Positions 38,862-46,963 of a stretch of 64,000 bases of DNA are shown in pieces (within the stretch, counting starts at the first letter, position 1; the number at the start of each line of letters is the position of its first letter). The stretch lies in assembly GCA_000993205.1 (NCBI GenBank), contig LBVU01000001.1, forward strand, positions 8,155 to 72,154, in the 5' to 3' direction. The translations under genes were made by a program, and so were the position numbers. This DNA comes from Candidatus Woesebacteria bacterium GW2011_GWB1_39_10 (GTDB lineage Bacteria; Patescibacteriota; Microgenomatia; UBA8517). The notes under the pieces are model-generated. The model was not told the DNA's origin and made no database searches. It saw nothing but the letters and a program-made list of their open reading frames with translations.

Positions 38862-39431
38862 ATGTCAATTTACACAAAAACAGGAGATGAAGGAACTACA
38901 AAGGTTTTTGATAAAAAATCCGGTCAACTCGTTGGCATACGTAAAGATTCTTGTACGATCGCAGCGATTGGCGCCATTGACGAACTGAATTCTTTTTTGG
39001 GAATAATAAAAGCAGAGATATTAGGATATAAAGATACTAAGATATTAAGTGAGAAAAAAACTGCAATAAAAATAGAAGAAATACAGGGGAATCTTTTTAC
39101 GATAAATTCAATTCTTGCCGGGGCAAACCTGAGGTTTTCTAAAACAAAAACTAAAAAACTGGAAAAAGAGATTGATAAATGGGAGGGAGAGTTGCCCGTC
39201 CAAAAAAACTTCATTTTTTACGGGGGAACTCCAAGAGCTTCACAGCTCTTTTATGCGCGTGCCATCTGTCGCCGTGCTGAGCGTGCTCTGGTAGTACAGA
39301 GTACAGAGTACAAAGTACCTAGCGAGTTAATGATGTATATAAATCGCCTGTCTGATTATCTGTTTATGATGGCGAGAAGCGAAAACTTCAAAAATAAAGT
39401 TAAAGAAAATTTTTGGAAAAGTTCAAAATGA
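38862..39431 (+). CDS. Cob(I)alamin adenosyltransferase, PduO type
   Basis: IYTKTGDEGTT, IDELNS, RRAER and NRLSDYLF. Confidence 0.9.
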   Translation: MSIYTKTGDEGTTKVFDKKSGQLVGIRKDSCTIAAIGAIDELNSFLGIIKAEILGYKDTKILSEKKTAIKIEEIQGNLFTINSILAGANLRFSKTKTKKLEKEIDKWEGELPVQKNFIFYGGTPRASQLFYARAICRRAERALVVQSTEYKVPSELMMYINRLSDYLFMMARSENFKNKVKENFWKSSK

Positions 39432-39656
39432 ATCTTGCTTAAAATATTCTATCGAGAGTTTTTCGAAAACGCCATCCAGCATTTTTAGTTGCTTATGAAT
39501 ATTATCTAGCGTCTCTTTTAATTCAGGCTTCAGCCTAAAGTCCAACACATTGTTTATTTCAGCATACTGCATTAGCAATTGTTTCCTTCGGTTTTCCACC
39601 CTTTATCTTTTCCGAAAGTTCTTCAGGTTCCATGAATCAATTATACAGCACAGGAC

Positions 39657-39684
39657 TTGACAAACTTTAAGTAACATGTTACTT
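39657..39684 (+). promoter_or_regulatory. Promoter/operator of vapBC-2
   Basis: TTGACA at 39657 and palindrome AAGTAACATGTTACTT at 39669-39684. Confidence 0.65.
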
Positions 39685-39691
39685 TATATGT

Positions 39692-39946
39692 ATGTTAACT
39701 AAACGCACTAATGTATTGTTCACGGAGGAAGATCATGCGATGCTTACCAATTTAGCCAGAGAGTCCAATAAAACAATAGGGGAGCTTGTGAGACATGCTG
39801 TTAAAAAGACATACAAAGCTAGGGTGGTAAAAGGTGGTATTAACAAAAGTTTGGAGCTAGCAATAAAGAAGTCTTGGAAAGCTGTTCTTCACCCCGAAAT
39901 ACCTATTGATTACAAAGCTCTGATTGAATATGGCCGCAAATATTAA
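39692..39946 (+). CDS. RHH antitoxin
   Basis: KRTNV...L..LA...TIGELVR. Confidence 0.75.
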   Translation: MLTKRTNVLFTEEDHAMLTNLARESNKTIGELVRHAVKKTYKARVVKGGINKSLELAIKKSWKAVLHPEIPIDYKALIEYGRKY

Positions 39947-40325
39947 AAATTTTGTTTTAGATGCTTCATTTTTACTATCAGTATTACTTCCAGATGAACA
40001 AGGAACTCAGGTGGCAAAAGCAAACGCCAAACTATTAGTTGACGAAAAAAACAACTTTTTTGCACCCAAATTATTAGAGTTTGAAGTTTTAAATAGTATA
40101 AAAAGCGCAATAGTTAACAAAAGAATTAAGAAGGGTTCGATAAACGATGTACTACACGCGTTTGAAAAAACTAGAATTGTCTATGTAGATATAGATAGGA
40201 AAAAAGTTTTAAATCTTTCGATAAAGAATAGTCTCAGTTTTTACGATGCCTCATATTTATATCTTACTAGAGCAAATAAGACTAAACTACTTACTTTAGA
40301 CAAGAAGCTCAAGATGCTACTATAG
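39930..40325 (+). CDS. VapC PIN-domain toxin
   Basis: VLDAS, E, SFYDASY and LLTLD. Confidence 0.88.
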   Translation: MAANIKNFVLDASFLLSVLLPDEQGTQVAKANAKLLVDEKNNFFAPKLLEFEVLNSIKSAIVNKRIKKGSINDVLHAFEKTRIVYVDIDRKKVLNLSIKNSLSFYDASYLYLTRANKTKLLTLDKKLKMLL

Positions 40326-40388
40326 CCTCCTAGGCTAGAGCTAAAAAGCCATAGCTAAAAAGCTATGGAAGTTTTACAATAAGGTTGT

Positions 40389-40736
40389 ATGGCTGCCACC
40401 CCTGAAACATTAAGACCGGAAGTTCCTCAAGTTGTTGAGCGACAAGAGGAGTTTGTTGTTCCCGAAACTCTTTCGGGGAGTGGGATCAAGGTGGTGCAGA
40501 AAAATTTTAAAGCTCAGGTTAAAAACGATAAAGGAGTTCCCGTCATCCAAACTCCTCCGACCCAAGTAATTACTGTTCAACCTCCTGCAGATACAGTTGC
40601 TCTTACAGCCTGGTCCAAAGGGGACACAACATTGGGAGCGACATGGCTTGGGGTTTTTTGGCTGCGAGTGATCAAAAAGGCATTGCATTTTGGTTGGAAG
40701 GTACTCGGGCTACGCCCGACGGATACTAGTAACTAG
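40389..40736 (+). CDS. Hypothetical protein
   Basis: 115-aa ORF upstream of the ATPase. Confidence 0.6.
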   Translation: MAATPETLRPEVPQVVERQEEFVVPETLSGSGIKVVQKNFKAQVKNDKGVPVIQTPPTQVITVQPPADTVALTAWSKGDTTLGATWLGVFWLRVIKKALHFGWKVLGLRPTDTSN

Positions 40737-40767
40737 ATACTAGATACTGGCGGCTAGGTTTCTAAAT

Positions 40768-43101
40768 ATGTTTATAGATCAGATAAATTTTACCGGCATA
40801 TTGTTTGCAGCGATCGCGATTGCGGTCTTGATTTTAATGCTATCGGCTCTGGGGTATGCAATTTTTATATTTTTTAAGAATAAGAATAGGGAAGAGGCAT
40901 CAATTGATTCGGTTCTTTTGCAGGTGGCGCTTCCCAGGAATAACGAATCAAAAATTGATGTGATGGAGCAGTTGTTTTCATCGCTTTACACCTTAAAGAA
41001 GGGGGGTTGGAAACAGAAGTTTTCAATTCAACCCACAGTTTCTTTTGAAATTGTTGCCAAACAGGAAGATATCAGGTTTTATGTTTGGTGTCCCAAGAAA
41101 ATAAAGGATTTGGTAGAAAAACAAATTAACGGCGCATACGCAGATGCTGAGATAATTGAAATTGACGAATATAACGTTTTTACAAAAGAGGGCAGAGTTG
41201 CTTATAAGTCATTCCAACTGGGTAAAGGCAATTTTTATCCAATCAAAACCTTTAAAGATTTACCCACGGATCCAATGAGCGCCATTACCTCGGCTTTGGC
41301 CAAAATGGGCCCTGAAGAGGCGGCTGTTATCCAGGTGCTACTTTCACCTGCGGAAAGCGATTGGCAAAAAGAAGGGGGAAAGTTTATCTCCGATACTAAA
41401 AAACAGGAAAGCGACCCCGAAAAGGCAAAATATTCTACCCCTGCAAAGACCTTAGAGGCTGTTGAAAATAAAATCGCAAAACCCGGTTTTGAAACCTCTG
41501 TTCGCATTGTGGTCGTTTCGACCGATGAAGATTCAGCAAAAAGCCATGTAACGAATATTGCAGGGGCCTTTGCCCTGTTTGCCGGTGACTTAAACAACCT
41601 AAAAAGCAGAAAAATATGGAGAAAGGGATCGTTTATGGAAGATTTTCTTTACAGGTACCAGCCAATGTTCAATCTTTTTGGGAATCACACATCAATTTTA
41701 AATTCCGAAGAACTTGCCACGATCTTTCATTTTCCCAATAGACAGATAACAACACCTCACATTTTTTGGTTAAATTCAAAAACAGCGCCGGCCCCGGCAC
41801 AAATTCCAACGGAAGGTCTCTATTTGGGGGTAAGCAATTACAGAGGAATAAAGCGTCCGGTATTTTTGGGAAATGAAGACAGAATGAGGCATGTTTACAT
41901 CATCGGAAAAACCGGAACCGGAAAGTCTGAGATTTTGAAGGATATGGTTATTCAGGATATTAAAGAGGGGAAAGGTGTTTGTTTTATGGATCCTCACGGT
42001 GACGCGATTGAAGATATTTTAAAAATGGTTCCGCCGGAGAGGGCCGAAGATGTAATTTATTTTAATCCCAGTGACACTGAAAGGCCTTTAGGGCTTAATC
42101 TTCTTGAAGCCAGAACCGAGGACGAAAAGCATTTTGCCGCAACAGCTGTAATTAACATGATGTACAAACTTTTTGACCCCTACAAAACGGGAATTGTAGG
42201 GCCCAGATTTGAACATGCAGTCAGAAATGCCATGCTTACGGCAATGTACGAGCCGGGAAGCACATTTGTCGAAATTATGAGGATTCTGACCGACTCAAAG
42301 TTTGTTCAAGAGCTTTTGCCAAAAGTTACAGACCCGATTATTAGACGTTATTGGACAGATCAAATTGCCCAGACTTCCGACTTTCATAAATCAGAAGTTT
42401 TGGATTACATTACATCAAAGTTCGGAAGATTCGTTACAAATAAATTAATTAGAAACATAATCGGGCAATCTCAAAGTTCTTTTGATCTACGTAAAGTTAT
42501 GGATGAAGGAAAAATTCTTTTAATTAATTTAGCCAAAGGAAGTTTAGGAGAGGAAAACTCAAACTTTTTAGGACTAATCCTTGTTCCACGCGTTTTAATG
42601 GCTGCCATGAGCAGGGTGGATATGCCGATGGAACAAAGAAAGGACTTTTATTTCTACGTAGACGAGTTTCAGAATTTTGCCACACCAGATTTTGCTGTAA
42701 TTTTGTCAGAGGCCCGTAAGTACCGGCTTGGGCTTTGTGTCGCCAACCAGTTTATAGGGCAAGTTGAAGAAGAGGTTAAAAACGCAGTCTTCGGAAATGT
42801 TGGTACGATTGTCGCTTTCAGAGTTGGTGTAACAGATGCTAATTATTTGGCTCACGAATTTGCTCCCGTTTTCGGTGAAGATGATTTACTTAATGTTGAG
42901 CGTTATCATGCGTTTTGTAAAACAATAGTTAGCAACGAACCCGTTCCTCCTTTTTCAATGGACCTTACAAAAGACATGAGTAAACAAAAAGCCGCCGAGA
43001 GTGAACGAATTGCAGAAATCATAAAAGAAATGAGCCGTCTTAAATATGGACGAGACGAAAAATTAGTGGAAGCGGAGATAACCCGCAGAGCGAAGCTCTG
43101 A
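40768..43101 (+). CDS. VirD4/TraD/HerA-like ATPase (CPR-conserved type)
   Basis: N-terminal TM helix, GKTGTGKS, DPHGD, YVDEFQNF and SEARKY. Confidence 0.85.
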   Translation: MFIDQINFTGILFAAIAIAVLILMLSALGYAIFIFFKNKNREEASIDSVLLQVALPRNNESKIDVMEQLFSSLYTLKKGGWKQKFSIQPTVSFEIVAKQEDIRFYVWCPKKIKDLVEKQINGAYADAEIIEIDEYNVFTKEGRVAYKSFQLGKGNFYPIKTFKDLPTDPMSAITSALAKMGPEEAAVIQVLLSPAESDWQKEGGKFISDTKKQESDPEKAKYSTPAKTLEAVENKIAKPGFETSVRIVVVSTDEDSAKSHVTNIAGAFALFAGDLNNLKSRKIWRKGSFMEDFLYRYQPMFNLFGNHTSILNSEELATIFHFPNRQITTPHIFWLNSKTAPAPAQIPTEGLYLGVSNYRGIKRPVFLGNEDRMRHVYIIGKTGTGKSEILKDMVIQDIKEGKGVCFMDPHGDAIEDILKMVPPERAEDVIYFNPSDTERPLGLNLLEARTEDEKHFAATAVINMMYKLFDPYKTGIVGPRFEHAVRNAMLTAMYEPGSTFVEIMRILTDSKFVQELLPKVTDPIIRRYWTDQIAQTSDFHKSEVLDYITSKFGRFVTNKLIRNIIGQSQSSFDLRKVMDEGKILLINLAKGSLGEENSNFLGLILVPRVLMAAMSRVDMPMEQRKDFYFYVDEFQNFATPDFAVILSEARKYRLGLCVANQFIGQVEEEVKNAVFGNVGTIVAFRVGVTDANYLAHEFAPVFGEDDLLNVERYHAFCKTIVSNEPVPPFSMDLTKDMSKQKAAESERIAEIIKEMSRLKYGRDEKLVEAEITRRAKL

Positions 43102-43192
43102 CGGGGGAGACTAGAGCCTAGATACTTAGATACTGGCAACTTCACTACTTGAGTTTTTCCTTTTAATATCCTAGTATCGGGTATCTAATCAT

Positions 43193-44056
43193 ATGAATAT
43201 CGGTGTTATTGGCTACGGTTTTGTTGGGCGGGCTACAGGAGAAGGTTTTGTGTCAAATCCAAAAAACAAGGTTTTTTGGTATGACAAATTCAAGGAATCT
43301 CCAAATACGCTGGAGGAGGTTGTAAAGAAGTCAGACTTCGTTTTTGTCTGTGTTCCAACCCCGATATTTGAAGATTACTCCGGAATGGACATGGGTATAG
43401 TTATTGGTGTGGTTGACCAAGTCGCGGAAATTTTGTCCTCCTCCGCTAAAGCTACGGAGGATAAAGTTTTAATTATCAAATCTACATCACTGCCTGGTAC
43501 AGCAAAGAAATTGGCCATCAAGTATCCAAAGATCAACTTTATTATGAATCCGGAGTTTCTTACTCAAAAAAATGCAAACCATGATTTTCTTAATCCTTCA
43601 CGAACCGTGATCGGGGCAGAATCAAAAGATGTTGCCTTAAAAGTAATAAAAATTTATAAAACGATCCTTTCAAAGAATCAGCCATACGTTGTTACTGACA
43701 CCACTAGCGCGGAAGTAATTAAGTATATGAGCAATTTGATGTTGGCCAGTAAAGTCCTTCTTGCCAATGAATTTTACGAATTGTCTAAAAAGGTCGGGGC
43801 AAATTATTTGGATGTTCAAAAAGCGGTCGAAAGTGATCCAAGAATTGGCACACACCTCGGGGTTCCCGGGCCGGATGGCGATATGGGATTCGGGGGAGCG
43901 TGTTTCCCCAAAGACATGGTTGGCATACTCGGATTGGCTAAAAAACTCAAACTGGATGTTTCCGCTCTCGAAGCCATTTGGAAGAAAAATCTCAAAGTTA
44001 GGAAACACAGAGATTGGGAAGAAATGCCACAGGCTTTTAAGAAAGATACTAAGTGA
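43193..44056 (+). CDS. UDP-glucose/GDP-mannose dehydrogenase family, short form
   Basis: GYGFVG, CVPTP, KST, NPEFL and GFGGACFPKD. Lacks the C-terminal domain. Confidence 0.85.
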   Translation: MNIGVIGYGFVGRATGEGFVSNPKNKVFWYDKFKESPNTLEEVVKKSDFVFVCVPTPIFEDYSGMDMGIVIGVVDQVAEILSSSAKATEDKVLIIKSTSLPGTAKKLAIKYPKINFIMNPEFLTQKNANHDFLNPSRTVIGAESKDVALKVIKIYKTILSKNQPYVVTDTTSAEVIKYMSNLMLASKVLLANEFYELSKKVGANYLDVQKAVESDPRIGTHLGVPGPDGDMGFGGACFPKDMVGILGLAKKLKLDVSALEAIWKKNLKVRKHRDWEEMPQAFKKDTK

Positions 44057-44120
44057 TTAGATACTAAGATACTAAGTAGGGATACAAAGCAGCTTCAGAA
44101 TGGTATAATAGCCTCATTAC

Positions 44121-44192
44121 AGGCCTGTCGTTCAACGGTTAGGACACTTGTCTTATAAACAGGTGACAATGGTTCGACTCCATTCAGGCCTA
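44121..44192 (+). tRNA. tRNA-Ile(UAU)
   Basis: Acceptor stem AGGCCTG/CAGGCCT, D arm GTTC/GGAC, anticodon arm CTTGT-CTTATAA-ACAGG, T arm AATGG-TTCGACT-CCATT. TATAAT upstream. No encoded CCA. Confidence 0.85.
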
Positions 44193-44240
44193 CACAGAAT
44201 TAAATTTGACCAATTTGGCTAATTAGTCTAACTTGGGTAT

Positions 44241-44789
44241 ATGGGTGGCTACAAAAACCTTCTTGTTTACAGGCTATCTGTAACAATTTTTGATTTTACT
44301 GTTATTTTTTGTGATAAATATTTATTTGATTTGAAGTTCAAAAGAACCGTTGAGCAAATGGTTCAGGCCGGGAGAAGTGGCAAACAAAACATAGTCGAAG
44401 GCTCTAAGGAAATTTCTTCAGCCTCGGACATGATGCTTACCAGTGTTAGTAGGGCTTCTTACTCGGAACTTTCAGAAGACTATGAAGACTATTTAAGGCA
44501 ACGGCATTTACCAATTTGGGATAAAAATGATCCGAGAGTGTTAAAAATTAGAAGTTTTAAAGAAACAATTAGCAAGGAAACTAGTTTGTCCAATTTGTCA
44601 AAGTGGACCAATTTAGACTACAACAACTCTGAAAACTTTGCAAATTTAATGGTTTGTTTGTGTATGAAACAGGGCTATTTGTTAGATCAACTTATAAGGG
44701 CAAAAGAACAAAAATTCGTACAAGAGGGTGGATTTAGGGAAAACTTGTTTAAGAAGCGCAGGGAAAACAAATTTGGCAAATTGGACTAA
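44241..44789 (+). CDS. Four-helix-bundle protein (23S rRNA IVP/Avd-like) with suffix domain
   Basis: GYKNLLVY, QMVQAGRSGKQNIVEG, RAS..EL..DYED and F...GGFRE. Confidence 0.85.
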   Translation: MGGYKNLLVYRLSVTIFDFTVIFCDKYLFDLKFKRTVEQMVQAGRSGKQNIVEGSKEISSASDMMLTSVSRASYSELSEDYEDYLRQRHLPIWDKNDPRVLKIRSFKETISKETSLSNLSKWTNLDYNNSENFANLMVCLCMKQGYLLDQLIRAKEQKFVQEGGFRENLFKKRRENKFGKLD

Positions 44790-44807
44790 TTAGTCTAATT
44801 GGGCAAA

Positions 44808-45671
44808 TTAGAGTTCTATAAGGGTTTGTTTCTTTCCAGGTTCGGTTATTTGGGCAAGCTCCAGATATCTTTCAGTAGTAGAAAGACGCTTGTGTCCTGA
44901 AACCTGAGAAAGAAGGACAATATCCACTCCGGCTTTAAGATTTTCCACCATAAAAGTTGTTCTTAAATCGTTTACAGAATAACTTGGAAGTTCGGCCCTT
45001 TGCATGTATCTGGAAATTGAGGCCCTGATGTTTCTTACTGCCAGTGGTTTACCGTTTTTGCTGATAAAAACATAAGGGGAATCGGATTTAGGCCTAATTT
45101 TCATATAAGAATCAAGAACCTCTTGGGCCGGTTTGTTCAAAGGAGCTGTTCTTTCCGGTTGGGTGGCATAAGATTCAATTTTAAGAGATCCGTCTGTTGA
45201 ACGTTCAATCTTGAGATTTGCAACCTCAGAGATTCTAAGGCCGGTTTGTAGGATAAGTTCGACTATGGCCGCAATTCTGACATCGTTTCTTACTACGTCC
45301 CTGAGGGCCCTGTACTCAAGCTGTGAGAGGAATTTGGGTAAGGCATTGTCAATCTTAGGGTGGGCAACAGAGGAACTTGGGTCAAAGCTGATTGCGTTTT
45401 CTGTAATCATCCATCTAAAAAATGTCTTAACGGCGTTTAGCTTGCGGCTAACGGACTTGGGTGTGTATTTGTCGGCCAAAAGCTGGTCACGGAATGAATC
45501 CAAATCCTCTGGTTTTACCTGATCGGGGGTGGCTCTTTCCCTTTTTAACAAATAGCCGGTAAGTTGTTCAAGATCGCTTCTATATGCAAGAATAGTCGCA
45601 GGAGAGCGCCCTTTAACTTTGAGGGACTCTATAAATTTGGGAAGCAGATTTTTGATTGTATCTTGTGTCAT
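44808..45671 (-). CDS. XerC/D-like tyrosine recombinase
   Basis: N-terminal SAM-like domain, TGLRISE, NDLR and SGHKRLSTTERY. Confidence 0.88.
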   Translation of the reverse strand: MTQDTIKNLLPKFIESLKVKGRSPATILAYRSDLEQLTGYLLKRERATPDQVKPEDLDSFRDQLLADKYTPKSVSRKLNAVKTFFRWMITENAISFDPSSSVAHPKIDNALPKFLSQLEYRALRDVVRNDVRIAAIVELILQTGLRISEVANLKIERSTDGSLKIESYATQPERTAPLNKPAQEVLDSYMKIRPKSDSPYVFISKNGKPLAVRNIRASISRYMQRAELPSYSVNDLRTTFMVENLKAGVDIVLLSQVSGHKRLSTTERYLELAQITEPGKKQTLIEL

Positions 45672-45740
45672 ACTATATGCTTAGAGGCTAATTATACCTC
45701 ATATTTTGTGAATGTCAACATTACAGGATGTAATTTACCT

Positions 45741-46139
45741 ATGAAAAACGATTTTGTCAAGAGGCTAAAAGTTAAGTTTGATAAGCTTGGCGGGTACGTT
45801 ATTTGGATTTTGGTCGTGCTTTTGACCCTTTCTTTGGTTCAAAATATAGGTAAAGTTAAGAGGATTAGAGGGGAAATTGCTGCCGAAAAGGCGAAAATTG
45901 TAAAGATGAAAGCCGCCAATGAGATTCTTGCCAACCAAGTTGCCCAGGCTCAAAAACCCGAGTTTATAGATAAAGAGATTAGGAATAAGCTTGGACTGGT
46001 TAAGACGGGGGAAACAATAGTTGTTTTGCCCAATGAGGAGGTTTTAAGAAGTTTGGCGCCAAAACTAGAAACTGAGCAGGAAGCCCTGCCTGATCCTAAT
46101 TGGAAGAAATGGGTAAATCTATTCTTGCTCCAAAAATAA
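45741..46139 (+). CDS. Septum formation initiator (FtsB/DivIC-like)
   Basis: TM helix, coiled coil and IRNKLGLVKTGE. Confidence 0.8.
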   Translation: MKNDFVKRLKVKFDKLGGYVIWILVVLLTLSLVQNIGKVKRIRGEIAAEKAKIVKMKAANEILANQVAQAQKPEFIDKEIRNKLGLVKTGETIVVLPNEEVLRSLAPKLETEQEALPDPNWKKWVNLFLLQK

Positions 46140-46501
46140 CCTCCCCAGATTCTTGGATGAATCCACGTTCAGACGAACCGTGTTTTTCTGTTTGTTGCGG
46201 GGTCAGGAGTTGCGCCTGACCTGAAAGATTATGAGCCTTTCGTGCACTGTACACTACCCCGCATGTATCTAACCTCGGAATTATAACATTTTGTTCGTGT
46301 AACTCCAAAACCAAAACCACGCTACCATAATTCGAGTTATAGTAGTATGAGGCAAGCTATTGGTCATTTGAGTGTGAAATGCTAAAATAGCCGTATGTCA
46401 GGGTAGCCCCGCCTGCATCCGCCAGCAACTGCGTAGCTGTGGGCGGAAGCATTGCGGGCAGGTCAGTGGTAGTAGCGGACGTTTCATGATACATATTTGG
46501 A

Positions 46502-46700
46502 GCCTGGGTAGCTCAGTTGGTTAGAGCGTGGCAATCATGAAATAAATTTGACTGGGTAGCTCAGTTGGTTAGAGCACGGCAATCATAACGCCGGGGTCGA
46601 GAGTCCGAATCTCTCCCCAGTCACCAAATTTATTGCTAACAGGAATTTCATTTCTGTTATAACGCTGAGGTCGAGGGTTCGAATCCCTCCCCTGGCACCA
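46502..46700 (+). tRNA. Middle interrupted tRNA(CAT), Met or Ile2
   Basis: Exons 46502-46538 and 46661-46700 join to a 77-nt cloverleaf ending in ACCA. Intervening sequence 46539-46660. Confidence 0.75.
46550..46626 (+). tRNA. Inner intact tRNA(CAT), Met or Ile2
   Basis: Acceptor GACTGGG/CCCAGTC+ACCA, D arm GCTC/GAGC, loop ATCATAA, T arm GAGAG-TCCGAAT-CTCTC. Confidence 0.88.
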
Positions 46701-46963
46701 AATGCGCAACAGACAGGAGTCGGGCTCCTGTCATAAGCGTCAGGTCACAGGTTCGATCCCTGTTGCCGGCACAGGGAATATGGGAGAAAAATTTGTTTCC
46801 AGTGTCTTAGATTTACCACCTTCCTACGAGGAGGTAGTGGCCATACAGGGGGAGCGGTTCACTTCGAAAATTCGATGAACACTCACAGTGTTGTAGTTTC
46901 TCAGAAATATGTTGAGTGAGATGAATGTAAAGTTAGTGTTAGGTATTCGTGATAAACTTAGTC

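Larger units (their letters stand above)
46397..46771 (+). tRNA. Outer interrupted, degenerate tRNA(CAT)
   Basis: 5' part 46397-46487 has a 55-nt hairpin insert (46408-46462) in the D stem; 3' part is 46735-46771. Rejoined anticodon arm GACGT-TTCATAA-GCGTC, T arm ACAGG-TTCGATC-CCTGT. Acceptor stem has 2 mismatches. Confidence 0.6.

Noticed and set aside
40768-43101. Conjugative element
   Set aside because: The ATPase is alone, with no relaxase or mating-pair genes; such proteins are common chromosomal genes in CPR.
44241-44789. Diversity-generating retroelement
   Set aside because: Despite the Avd-like fold, the window has no reverse transcriptase and no TR/VR pair.
46502-46590. Near-identical ~35-nt direct repeats that might be a CRISPR array or att-site duplication
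   Set aside because: They are the 5' halves of the middle and inner tRNAs. There are no spacers or cas genes, and each half has its own matching 3' half.
44121-46771. Integrative element bounded by tRNAs with a tyrosine integrase
   Set aside because: The recombinase looks like a housekeeping XerC/D next to an ftsB-like gene, and I saw no att duplication or phage/plasmid genes.
46772-46963. T-box riboswitch upstream of trpS
   Set aside because: No T-box consensus or terminator/antiterminator is visible.
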